The translations under genes and the position numbers were made by a program. The notes under the pieces are model-generated. The model saw only the letters and a program-made list of their open reading frames with translations. It searched no databases and had not been told where the DNA came from. From NCBI RefSeq assembly GCF_963676685.1, contig NC_092349.1:57474001-57538000 (forward strand): a stretch of DNA of 64,000 bases. Reading direction: 5' to 3'. Every line of letters begins with the position of its first letter. Within the stretch, counting starts at the first letter, position 1. Of the stretch, positions 39,165 to 51,631 are shown piece by piece. The stretch comes from Mytilus edulis (lineage: Eukaryota).

Positions 39165-40816
39165 AGATAAAGCACCAAACAACATCGTTAGTGTGTGTAA
39201 ATCTCATTACATAAACTGCTTGATACATGAATTGGGTATTGACAATCCACTTTGAAACTCAACATATACCCTAACGACACTTAACAAAGAGCAAATCTTA
39301 GATAATCATAGGTCTGTTCTGTGTTCCTTTGGAATTTCAACCAAAGATGAAGAAGTAAATATTCAATCACAGTATTGGATACCTAAACTACATAAGTGTC
39401 CTTACAAACACCGGTATATTGCTGGGTCTTCCAAGTGCTCAACAAAACCTTATTAAAAATTATTAACGTCTATTTTATCAGCAATCAAAGCCGGGCTTGT
39501 TATTATGAAACTGCCTATTCTTGAGGTGGCGTGAATCAGATGTGGATACTAAAAAATTCCAAAGATCTTTTAGAGTACATACAATCTAAGACTTTTCATC
39601 TTTCAATAATATTAAAATATTTGACATTTCTACACTTTACACAAGTATTCCCAAATCCAACCTAAAAGACAAATTGAAGGAGTTGGTATTTGTTTGTTTC
39701 ATAAAAGACAATAGCCAACGTAGATACAAGTATCTTGTCTTAGAGAGGGATACATCCTACTTTGCAAAGAATCACTCTGATTCAAACAAAAAATTCTCTG
39801 AAACTGACATTATCAAGATGCTTGATTTCTTGATTGACAACATATTTGTTCCGTTTGGAGGACGTTTTTTTTTCAACAGACTGGCGGAATTCCCAAAGGG
39901 AACCAATTGTGCCCCTCTTCTTGCCGACTTGTTCCTTTATTATTATGAGGCTGACTTCATACCGGAACTTCTTAGGAAGATATGAGGCTGACTTCATACC
40001 GGAACTTCTTAGGAAGAAATATTAGTTAGAAATATCCTTTAACTTCACTTTCCGTTATATAGATGATTTTCTGTAACTAAATGATTCAAAATTTGGTGAC
40101 TATGATGAACGCATCTATCCCATCGAACTAGAGATAACGGATACAGCAGATACAGTTAAGTCTGCCTCATATCTTGACTTGCATCTAGAAATTGACAATG
40201 AGGGTCGGTTAAAAACAAACCTTTACAACAACAGAGATGATTTCAGCTTCCCAATTTTAAACTTCCCATTTCTATGTAGCAACATTCCAGAAGCGCCAGC
40301 ATACGGAGTATATATCTCCAAATTGATACGATATTCCAGAGCTTGTATTTCCTATCATGATTTTCTTGATAGAGGGAAGCTATCAAACCAAGATTTCCAA
40401 ATGGTGAAGTTGAAATTATCACTTCGTAAATTTTACGGACGCCATCACGAGTTGGTTGACCGTTATGGAATATCCGTTTCACAGACGATATCGGATATGT
40501 TCATTATATCGTAACTACTATCCCGTTCCCTTTTGCCGAATATGACCTACCGAATTAGACTATTTACCGGATTTGTAATAACGTGAACAACACGACAGGT
40601 GTCACATGTGAAGCAGGATCTCCTTTGCCTTCCAGATCACCTGAGGTCACCCCCAGTTTTTGGTGGGGTTCGTGTTGCTCAGTCTTTAGTTTTCTATGCT
40701 GTGTCTTGTGTACTATTATTTGTCTGTTTGTCTTTTTCTTTTTTAGCCATGGCTTTGTCTGTTTATTTTCGATGTATGAGTTTGACTGTCCCTCTGGTAT
40801 CTTTCGCCCCTCTTTT
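39165..40816 (+). mobile_element. Penelope-like retroelement, 5'-truncated, RT pseudogene plus 3' non-coding end
   Basis: Motifs: DKAPNN, YWIPKLHK, GTNCAPLLADLFLY, FRYIDD and PAYGVYISxLIRYSRAC. Several stops and frameshifts, and a ~38-bp internal duplication at about 39944-40018. Confidence 0.82.
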
Positions 40817-41174
40817 GTAAGTGTACCATCATTTAATATATTCTAAAAGGTAAAAGGATTCAAATTGTGTGAAAAAAGGGTGTAACTTGATAACATTTTG
40901 TACCCGTGCATATAAAACTCCAAGCAGGTGAAATACTTTTAATAAATGCTAACATTTTGGGAAAGGGTATTGTTTTTTTTTGTTCTTCTTCTGTTTTGTA
41001 ATCTTTGATATTACAAATTGGTATCAATATTCAGGAGAATAATACAATAGTAATTCATGCTATTACAATAAGGAAAGTCTGCATCATTGATGTTTTAAAA
41101 CTTTAAACTAAATATAAATAAATTTTAGAGAAAAAAACCTGGAGCTTTAGCCAACATTGGCAACACATAATGTG

Positions 41175-41482
41175 TGTCGTAACTACTATCCCGTTCCCTT
41201 TTCACGAATGTGACCTACCGAATTATACTATTAACAGGATTCGTAATAATGCGAGCAACACGACGGGTGTCACATTTGGTGCAAGATCTGCTACCCTTCC
41301 GGAGCACCTGAGATCACCCTTAGTTTTTGGTGGGGTTCGTGTTGCTTATTCTTTAGTTTTCTATGTTGTGTGATGTGTACTATTTTTGTCTGTTTGTCTT
41401 TTTCATTTTTAGCCATGACGTTGCCAGTTTATTTTCGATTTATAAGTTTGACTGTCCCTCTTGCATCTTTCGTCCCTCTTTT
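41175..41482 (+). mobile_element. 3'-end fragment of the same Penelope-type family
   Basis: Aligns by eye to 40510-40816. Confidence 0.82.
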
Positions 41483-43621
41483 GGAAGATACCAGGACCTT
41501 GTTGATAAATATATCAACTTCACAAATAAAACATAATGGTCTGGAAGTATAAATTCTAGGTACTGACGTTGTTTTTCATCTTACTTACGTGTTATAGTGT
41601 TCTTTTATTTTTCTTTGTAACTTATTAACCTTTACTGTTTAGTCCATTTTTGGTAAAAGACTTTTGGCGTAGCTCCGTACTTATACATCCCGCCACTTGT
41701 GTTATTGAGCTTTTGTCATTCTTTGTATTCCCGTCTTTCAATTTTGGTAATGTGGTTTGTCTGTTTGCCATTCTGTTTTTCTTTGTTGACATATTTGTTT
41801 GTTTTTATAGGGATTAAGATTATAACACAACGTTGACTACTTTACCCCTATTTTTGACATTTTTACCCATTAAGTCTGTTTGTTTTGTTCACACATTGTT
41901 GCCAATAACATGGAATTGTATGCGACTGTCATACAAGTGAGAGGTTTAGATAGCTATAAAGAGGGTTTTATCCACCATTTTCTACACTGGGCGTTTATCT
42001 AATTTATTTATTGTGTACATGTATTGTTACTCTTAAATATCCAGCCCTCGTGGGAAAAATCGTTGACATATATTCAGACGTTTTATATATATATATGGTA
42101 TGATGTATACACTCGTTCAAAAGTGAAAACACGGTAAAACCTCTGAAAATTGTTAAATGTTTTACATTTTTGTAAAGATTGTTACCGACGTTTCAATAAA
42201 GACCTAAGTCTGCACATTTGTTAACAACATGAAACAAAACAGGTTGGATTTTATAAATGACAAGTGCATTCAATACTTTATTAGATTTCAGTTTGATTAT
42301 ATGATGTTCGGTGCTGTCTTAATGATGTTCGTCCTGCATTCCTTTATAATAAACAACGAAACAAGTAGAATTCACTAGCTTTTAAAATATTTCCAACTAC
42401 AAACGCATGCATTGTTCATTATAAGGTAATTGGCGTAATCTTTCAGAAATAAATCCTTTTAAACTTTTTTTTTAACAAACATTAAATGTTGTTGTTTTTT
42501 TTTTTATATAATATTCAATAATGTTAAGGCATGATATAACATACATACATTAATACAAATTTCGGCACACCTCAACACATTTAAATATGTTACTATACTA
42601 ACTGATAACTATAGACTTAAAAACATTTTTTTTAAATAGTTTCGCATATGACAGTGTAGCCAGCAGATATTAAATTTATTCAAAATGTATTGTAACGAAT
42701 GGCCGAGTTTTAAAGTTTTGAGCTTCACATATGTTACTAGTCTGCCAACTTCTTGGGAAGGTGCGTTCTATTCCGATCTTAATTGGTTATGAATTAGGCA
42801 GCTAGTTTCCCACCGACGACTGGTAATTCTCTGCTGGTAATCGCGTTCCTTCACAAATAAAAACTGATCGCTATGATAAAGCCATGTGCGTTAATGACGT
42901 TAACCACCAACAATCAATTTATCCCGGTTGTAACGTTTTTAAAAGGCTTTGTTTCCAGTCAAGATATATCTTATATATATATATACATGTATATATTTTT
43001 CAACTGTTTAGGCTTGAGCGTTCCCGACGAAGATAAATCCAGAAAAGCGCTTTGCACACACGAAATTTATAAGGTATTATTTTCATTTATAGGGTGTACT
43101 AGCGTGCAATAAGGCTGCTGAATTCAAGAAATAATCACTACTAGGTTGGCTGCTATTAAATGTTCGATTTCTCGTTACGTCACTCTCATGTTTGTTATGA
43201 CTTATATGTTATCAACACTGAACGTGACGTATGAATCGGATGTTACTTATAACGCATAATGACGTACATTTATGTTCCAATTATGCTGAACTGCTTACCC
43301 TTCAAGACCATACTGTGCTTTTAATGAGGTTGAAGTTATTTATCTTGACTTAAATTGTGTTTTAGCGGCTGTTAATTGTCTTTCTGTGTTGTTGTCTTTT
43401 AGATTCGTGAATTTTGAAAAAAGGCAACCTAAAACATAATTATATTAATGAATCAATCAATTAATTTTGACCGCCTCTTTTGTAATTTCATACTATTTCT
43501 ACGTAAATATACCATCATTGAATATATTCTAAAACAGTCCATTTCGTGTGAAAGAAAGAATTTTACTTGACAAATTGTGTATCCATGAATACAAAGACGC
43601 TAATCAGATTAACACCTTGAG

Positions 43622-44067
43622 TGAAAAAGGGACGAAAGATACCAGAGGGACAGTCAAACTCATAAATCGACAATAAACTAACAACACCATGGCTAAACAT
43701 AAAAAGGACAAACAGACTGGCCTTTGTTAGTCTTGTATTTTTTTAATTTTAGCTTCTTGTGTACAATTTGGAAATTAGTATGGCGTTCATTATCACTGAA
43801 CTAGTATATATTTGTTTAGGGACCAGCTGAAGGACGCCTCCGGATGCGGGAATTTCTCGCTACATTGAAGACCTGTTGGTGACCTTCTGCTGTTGTTTTT
43901 GCTATGGTCGGGTTGTTGTCTCTTTGAAACATTCCCCATTTCCATTCTCAATTTTAATAGTACACATAACACAACATAGAAAACTAAAAAATAAACAACA
44001 CGAACCCCACCTAAAACTAGGGGTGATCTTAGGTGCTCCGGAAGGGTAAGCAGATCCTGCTCCACAT
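43622..44067 (-). mobile_element. Inverted Penelope-type 3' fragment interrupted by another repeat (about 43716-43955)
   Basis: Both flanks are the reverse complement of 40610-40815. The insert matches 58545-58750 and 61490-61575. Confidence 0.72.
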
Positions 44068-44804
44068 AAATGATAACATTATCGAATTGGGTACTGTCGG
44101 TTTTATTGTTGCTCTGTTTTGTATTTATTAATAATACAAATTTGCATCATTATCATTGAGATCGATATTAAAGCACGATAACAATTCTTTAAACTGTTAT
44201 GTTTATTTCTTATTTTTTTCAGATGTTTACCGACATTTTAATAAAGACCAAAGTAAGATCATTTGTGTACAGCATTACATTAAAGAGGCTTTACTTTATT
44301 ATTAGAGGTTAAATTATTACATAATAAGATTTATTTTGATTCTGTGGTGACATTCACCCTGCATTCTTTTTTATGTGCAATAAAATAAATAGAAAGCACG
44401 AGCTATTAAAATATTCCCAATATGTAATAGAAGAAAGTAAAGTGTACTCTTTCAGAAATAAATAAATACTTTAAAGAAAATGTGTTTGACAAACACCCAA
44501 AGTTTTTTTTTATTATGTTCGATAATATAGAGTGATGCTATAACATGTCACTACATGTATACATTGATGCACATTTCTGCACACGTCAACAACTCTTGGT
44601 ATGTTACTATACTAACCGGTAATTTTAGATTTAAAAAAAAAAAATTTTGAAAAGAATTTTGCATGTGACGGTGTAAACATATGATACTAAATGTGTTTCA
44701 AATACACCTTCTTCTTTTATGTGTTTAAATGTTATACGTAAAAATATTGCTGAATATACTAAAATTATACAAAAACAGGTTAACGGGTGGGAGGCGCTTT
44801 CCTT

Positions 44805-44882
44805 ATTGGTTCTGTCGTTCTTTTACCAGACTATAAAACAGGCATACATTTGGAAAGCTGTATACTGCAACTGAAGTTAAAG
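44805..44882 (+). promoter_or_regulatory. Core promoter and short non-coding exon 1 of the peptide-precursor gene
   Basis: ATTGG (reverse CCAAT) at 44805, TATAAAA at 44832-44838 and donor aag|gttagt at 44883. The layout is conserved in the paralog at 60645-60732. Confidence 0.7.
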
Positions 44883-46039
44883 GTTAGTTTTATTACGAAA
44901 CAATTTACTTAAGCAGAATGATTTCGTCGTGCAAATAGCCAAAATATGATATATGCAATTCGTTTTCTGTATTTTTTGCGTTTATAAGTAAAGGCAACAT
45001 TAGTGTATCGATGTTAAAATCTCTGAGAGATCAAGAAAATACAAAGTAACAGGCAAAAACCGAGAGAATAAGTTAGTTGATTATGTTGTACAAGGATGAT
45101 TATTTAGTACAAATAAGGTGGTTTCCTCAAAAGAAGCAACATGAGATAGAAAAGCATACTCTATTCCTTATTACAAATTGGTGCCCTCAAGGAAAAACGT
45201 AGAAATAAAAAAAAAATATTTTAAGACGACAATTTTATATATTAAATAGTGCTTGGTATTATATTACTATAAGTTGTCATATCTTGTAAAGTATATATTG
45301 ATGTAAGACTTTAAAATTGGGGTTGTTAAGTATATTTACAACTTTTGTGGACTTATCTGGACATATCATTTAGACGCATGTGAAAGGTTGAGTGATCATC
45401 TCTTTACTTTTGAGTGTTCTATAGGTTTGTGTCGTTGGATTAATGTCGTTTTGACATTTAACTCAAACACCGGTTTATTCAACAAGACAACGTTTGGTGA
45501 TGTAACATGTATATTTCATCGACATACTATAAATGTATTGCGAACCCATTTTGGTCAATTGTTTGGGATTGATATATGCTTCAGTCACTTAAACCTTTAT
45601 TACAAATGGCTAGAAAGCGTGTTTTTTTCTGTAAAAATAATATGCATTATAACCATTAAGCGGTATTATGGATGTATAAACATGTATGCATATAGAATTC
45701 GTTATGCTGTATCTGAACATTTGCAACAGTTCTTAGCAATAACATATTATTTTGAAAAAAAGAAATATTAAGAAAGGGATACAGGAAATTGCAATTTAAA
45801 GTGAAAATAAACAATAATCATGTGCATGAAGGCATAAATATAGTATTTTATTTAAAGCTTAATTGCTGGAAAACATTTGCTTAATGTAATTTAGATGACT
45901 TAACATGTTAATATATAAGACCTTTCCAATGAAAGTAGAATTTGATTTGATCTTTTTCATCAAGTTGTCTTTTTGTTTTAGTAAACGTACTGTTTTATAT
46001 ATAAATCCAAAATGCTACAATGATGCAGAGTCTGCTACT

Positions 46040-46195
46040 TGAATAGGAGCTTGGACAAATACTCTTTTACTTGTATACGAGCTTGAACATATACTCCTTA
46101 ACTTGTTTACGAGCTTGAACATATACTTGTTTACTTGTAAAAGAGCTTAAACGCATACTCTTTAACTTGTATACGAGCTTGAACATATACTCTTT
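46040..46195. repeat. Intronic ~31-bp minisatellite, about five copies
   Basis: (tac)gagcttgaacatatactc(c/t)ttaacttgt unit. Confidence 0.8.
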
Positions 46196-46341
46196 AATAA
46201 CACGTTTTACAAACAGCTACATAAACTAAACTACATATTAACAAGCACAACACATGCATTATTTGTTTCTACAGAACAAGCTACCTTAATGGCATTTCAA
46301 CACTTAATTGTATTTTTTTCTATTGCAGAAAACTAGTGACA

Positions 46342-49300
46342 ATGAAGGCTGTAGTAATATTTAGCTGTCTGTTCATGACAGTATGTGGTAAGAAAATTGT
46401 GTTAATACTTATACAAAAATATAATACACAAAGTCTTTAGAAACATTCCACAGACCAATTACACTGTTAATTTACAATATGTTTATTTACATTCGAAAAA
46501 GTTTAAAGGTAATGTTTTTGTCTTGTCAATGACTTAAAATAAATGGATAAAACCAATCAATCAAAGTAGAAAAAAAATCGACGAAATACAATTTCATGGA
46601 CCCAAACATTTGTTTCGATCTTAAATTCCAAATGTTTCCCTTTTGATCGATTATATTTGTACTGTTTGTGCAAACAATTCGTTGTCACAATACTTGTTTG
46701 AAGCAGTGTTCAATCAAAGATAAGCGAATCTAAACAATGCTAAAGTTTTGTAAGTGTCTAACAGCGAAGACCTTAATGGTTTTGTTTTTCGGCCAAACTT
46801 GACATGAAACAATAACTCTTTATCCGTTTGAGACCAACATTGCTGTACATTGGCAATCATGCCACATCTTTTTATATTCATATAATTAAATTGTGATTAT
46901 TTTTTTTATTAAATTCATTTTGACCCATTTACATTTTGAACTATGTCAATTTGAGTTAAAACAAATTGTAACAATTGTTTGAGCTATATACTAAAGCATG
47001 TATTCAATTGATTTTCTTTATAGATCAACATTTAGGATTATTAGGTTACTAAATCTTAACTAACGTGAGCAATCCCAATACCTAAAACTGGGTGCTCTTC
47101 AGTGGGTTTTTATATGTGTTTAAATGACGAAAACTAAATACTCTTACACAAACTCCATTTAACTTTCACTTTGTTCTACCTCTCTCAAAAATGAATACCA
47201 AATTGCATCTTTTCTGTAACATTTTCAGGAATGGGTATTCAAAAGAGAAATGCAGATCTTGGAGACATACATGGTGACAATGATGATTTCGCCATTGATT
47301 CCCTAATGAATTATCTCAGGTAAAACCAAAGTTGTAGTAGTTTTAGTTCAATGTGTATTAATAATTCATAGTTGATAATTTTTATAGTTTTATATTCCGA
47401 TGCCTATACACTAAAATTTATAAATCTTGTATATGGCTTAGAAAAATTTCGAGATAAGGTATCTAATTGGCTTATCATAGTCTACTTAGTCTACTAAGGA
47501 CTGATCAATACTAACCCCATAAAAAACGTGGTTAGAATCTATATTTCATTTCTGTCATTTCCGTTATTACAACATTCACTTTAAGTCTATAGTCCATATT
47601 ATAATAAGTACTTACATCTCATATACTCTTGTTGAATTTCATCTATCATCTTTCATCTGTTTCCAACTTCCAATTATGAATCAGTAACATATCATCATTC
47701 CAAGCCTTTGAAGTTATAACATTAAAGTTAATTTTCCTGAAGTTATTTTCATTTTGTACGTTATTCGCCAAATAAAATGGATTGGTTGATCATTACACTA
47801 GATACATTTGAAATAATAGATAAAACCTGAACCGATGTTATGAAAAAAAAATGCCAAAGGGCAATACAAAAATCAATTTTGCAGATTTTGAGTAATTTTA
47901 GGGACACTTTTTAACAAAAATCTAATTTGTGTTGGAAGCATATTAAATGGTGTGTATAAGATAAAAAATAATTCATTTATGTAAATGACTGTCTTTTTTT
48001 TTCTACAAATTTTGAAAATAAAACTTTAAATTTTCAATTATGTCTCAAAAAATATGCACTCTGTTCGTGTTGTAAAGTCAAAATTGTTTGCTTATCAAAA
48101 TTCAATAAACAAATATCAGCACATACCATGATAAATAAATAAAAATCACGAATATTTATGTATTTTACCATATATCATTTGTGATAAATTATTGAAAGTT
48201 GTATTCTGTTATCGTTTATTTTGTTTTTCTATATATCAAGCGCATCAGTAAAAATAATCCATTATTTAAAAAAAATCCAGTAATATCCTGAATCATACTT
48301 ACTATTGTTTTAAGTAAAATCTTGGATCTTAATCTTTGGTAATAGAAATTTAATACAATTCAGATTCCTCCAAGTACAAATCTGGATATCTAATTTTCTA
48401 CTAGTGAATATTGGAATTCCAATTTGTACTAAGAGGATCCTAGATCTTTGTTCTATAACACAAAATGTCATACTTTTCACCCATATTTGTTGTATGTTTT
48501 AAACCTGGACGTATGAGCTTAATTATTTTCTTATTCGTGCCCTCAAACGCAAATAAAGTATATATGAACAAAAACTCAAACACATATCTATGGGAAACAG
48601 CTCGCCTAGACGAGTGCAGCAAAGTTTTATTATCAAATAATTCAACTGTCATCAAATCACATTACCAGCACACTAAGACCGCTGCAGCATACATGTCTTA
48701 CAAACAAATCTACAATGAGAAATAATGAAATAGAATGTTTCATATCACAAAACCATAATTTCATAATGTTCTTTTTAAAATCTGCAGAAAAAGCATAATG
48801 CATTTACAATATTATAAGCTTATACAAAACATGTACACAGGGGGGAAGGGGTGGGGAAAAACTTCACTGCACTAAGACTGAGCTTCGAATGACCAAGCTA
48901 TGAAAATGTATTTTCAATGTCAACGTTTACCGCGAATGACCAGTCCGTGCTATCATACATCGAACTTTAAACTCTTAACTTTGTTAAGGTGACTTATTGT
49001 TATGCTAAAATAATGTAAATATTATTTTAAACATAAACACATGTTCCCAATATAACAACAAACCAATGTGCTATCGATAGTTAATAAATACATATATGTT
49101 GTTTACTTTTTCAATAGGAAAAGATGGAGTATAGGCAGTGGCAACAAAGGAAATGATAATCAAGCAAACAACAACAACGACATTGGTAATTCATATGAAG
49201 AAAATAATAAAAATACACATGTAGCGGGGATAGGAAATATTGGTGACTTTGGAAAGAAACGTGACTCGTCAAATGAGGATAAAAGATGGAGTATAGGAAG

Positions 49301-50519
49301 TGGCAACAAAGGAAATGGTAATCAAGCAAACAACAACAACGACATCGGTAATTCGCATGTAGAAAATAATAAAGATACACATGTAGCGGGGATAGGAAAT
49401 ATCGGAGACTTTGGAAGGAAACGTGACTGGAATATTGGAAGTGGCAATACAGGCAATCATAATTCTGCAAGTGGCAATAGTAACATCGGCAATAGCGAGA
49501 AGAATTATGACAAGAATACAAATGTATATGGCGTTGGAAATATCGGAGACTTTGGAAGAAAACGTGACTGGTCTTTTGAAGGTAAACGATGGAGTATAGG
49601 AAGTGGCAACAAAGGAAATGGTAATCAAGCAAACAACAACAACGACATTGGTAATACGTATGAAGAAAATAATAAAAATACACATGTAGCAGGGATAGGA
49701 AATATTGGAGACTTTGGAAAGAAACGTGACTCGTCAAATGAAGATAAAAGATGGAGTATAGGAAGTGGCAACAAAGGAAATGGTAATCAAGCAAACAACA
49801 ACAAAAACATCGGTAATTCGCGTGTAGAAAATAATAAAGATACACATGTAGCGGGGATAGGAAATTTTGGAGACTTTGGAAAGAAACGTGACTCGTCAAA
49901 TGAAGATAAAAGATGGAGTATAGGAAGTGGCAACAAAGGAAATGGTAATCAAGCAAACAACAACAAAAACATCGGTAATTCGCATGTAGAAAATAATAAA
50001 GATACACATGTAGCGGGGATAGGAAATATTGGCGACTTTGGAAAGAAACGTGACTCGTCAAATGAAGATAAAAGATGGAGTATAGGCAGTGGCAACAAAG
50101 GAAATGGTAATCAAGCAAACAACAACAACGACATCGGTAATTCGTATGAAGAAAATAATAAAAATACACATGTAGCGGGGATAGGAAATATCGGAGACTT
50201 TGGAAGGAAACGTGACTGGAATATTGGAAGTGGCAATACAGGCAATCATAATTCTGCAAGTGGCAATAGTAACATCGGCAATAGCGAGAAGAATTATGAC
50301 AAGAATACAAATGTATATGGCGTCGGAAATATCGGAGACTTTGGAAGAAAACGTGACTGGTCTTTTGAAGGTAAACGATGGAGTATAGGAAGTGGCAACA
50401 AAGGAAATGGTAACACTGCAAATGACAACAGCAACATTGGTAATTCGTATGAAGAAAATAATAAAGATACAAATGTAATAGGAGCTGGAAATTTCGGAAA
50501 CTTTGATGGGAAACGATAA
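46342..50519 (+). CDS. Secreted multi-peptide precursor, 512 aa; join(46342..46387,47229..47319,49118..50519)
   Basis: Exon 1 codes MKAVVIFSCLFMTVCG (g|gtaag, phase 1). Exon 2 codes MGIQKRNADLGDIHGDNDDFAIDSLMNYL (ttttcag| ... ag|gtaaaa, phase 2). Acceptor tttttcaatag| then joins in frame to RKR-WSIGSGN... Total 1539 nt = 513 codons. Confidence 0.88.
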
Positions 50520-51631
50520 ATAAGGTAAATTGTTTCCAAGTAATATTTTTTTTTATAGAATCAAAAACAATTTAGATGTTGACTAAATCAGTCTGATATC
50601 CCTAGTTAACTAGTAAACAGTCTGTAAACTGCAACAGTCATTTTGATTTAATCAAAGACTGTGTTATAAATAATTAAGCAGGATGTATTTACCATTCCAG
50701 GGCACCTGAGATCAACCCTGCTTTTTGTTGCTTTTCGTTTTATGCAGTTTTTGTTTTGTATTTTTTTTTTTTTAGTTTTGTAGACCGTTGTTTGTCTGAA
50801 TTTTTGTTTTTACCGTGGCATTGTCAGTTTGTTTTCGACATATGAGATTACTTATTCCTTTGTTATCATCCGCTTCCCCTTTTTGGGCCGTGTTCACCGA
50901 GTTCGTACTTAAAAGAGCAAGATCTGCCAACCATTTCGGGAAACTGAGATCAACCGAATTTTGATGAGGTTCGTTTTGCTCAGTATTTTGTTTTCTATGT
51001 TGTGTTTTGTTTACTATTATTTGTCTTTTTCTGTCCTCGTCATGTCGTTTCAATGTCCTTTGGTATATTTTGCCTCTCTTTTTGAGTCTTTCGGTTATTT
51101 TTCAAACTTGATCACTGCGTGTTAATGTAGTACAACTGGCTTACAGTAAATTAGGATTTGTCCAGTCTTTGTTCAGTCTTTTCAGTAGTTGAATAGTCCT
51201 TGATTGCCTGCTAGGAAAATGTCTGAACAGTACTGAATCAACAAGAAGAAAATATCTTCAAAATAACTTCAAATCTTAACTAGATTTAACGTTTTTAGTT
51301 TTAATCTTTTTCTATGATGTTAAGACCAACAAGACTTAATTTCATTAAACGTATATATTATATATTACACATATATAGTTGAACATGATATACTAATAAA
51401 ACGGTACAATATTTTTTGTGAACGTAAGTAAATGACATCAAACTTTTAACAAGACTAAGAAAATCATTCATATTTATAATTCACATTAAATATTGTCAAC
51501 TAAAGAAGAAATTAGATAACAAAAAATGTAAAGTAAGTGAGTATTATAACATTTAAACAATGTGTAAAATCATAAACCTTGTAATGTACTTTCATATACT
51601 ATTTACTTGTTTTTCTGTTTTTGTTTTACAG

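Noticed and set aside
49068-49117. ORF-track N-terminus MLSIVNKYIYVVYFFN as the start
   Set aside because: Non-ATG start (gtg) within intronic sequence. It contains the acceptor used at 49117/49118.
49111-50472. 453-aa Cys/Tyr/His-rich antisense ORF
   Set aside because: Shadow of the repetitive + strand exon. Splice sites, signal peptide and processing motifs all support the + strand.
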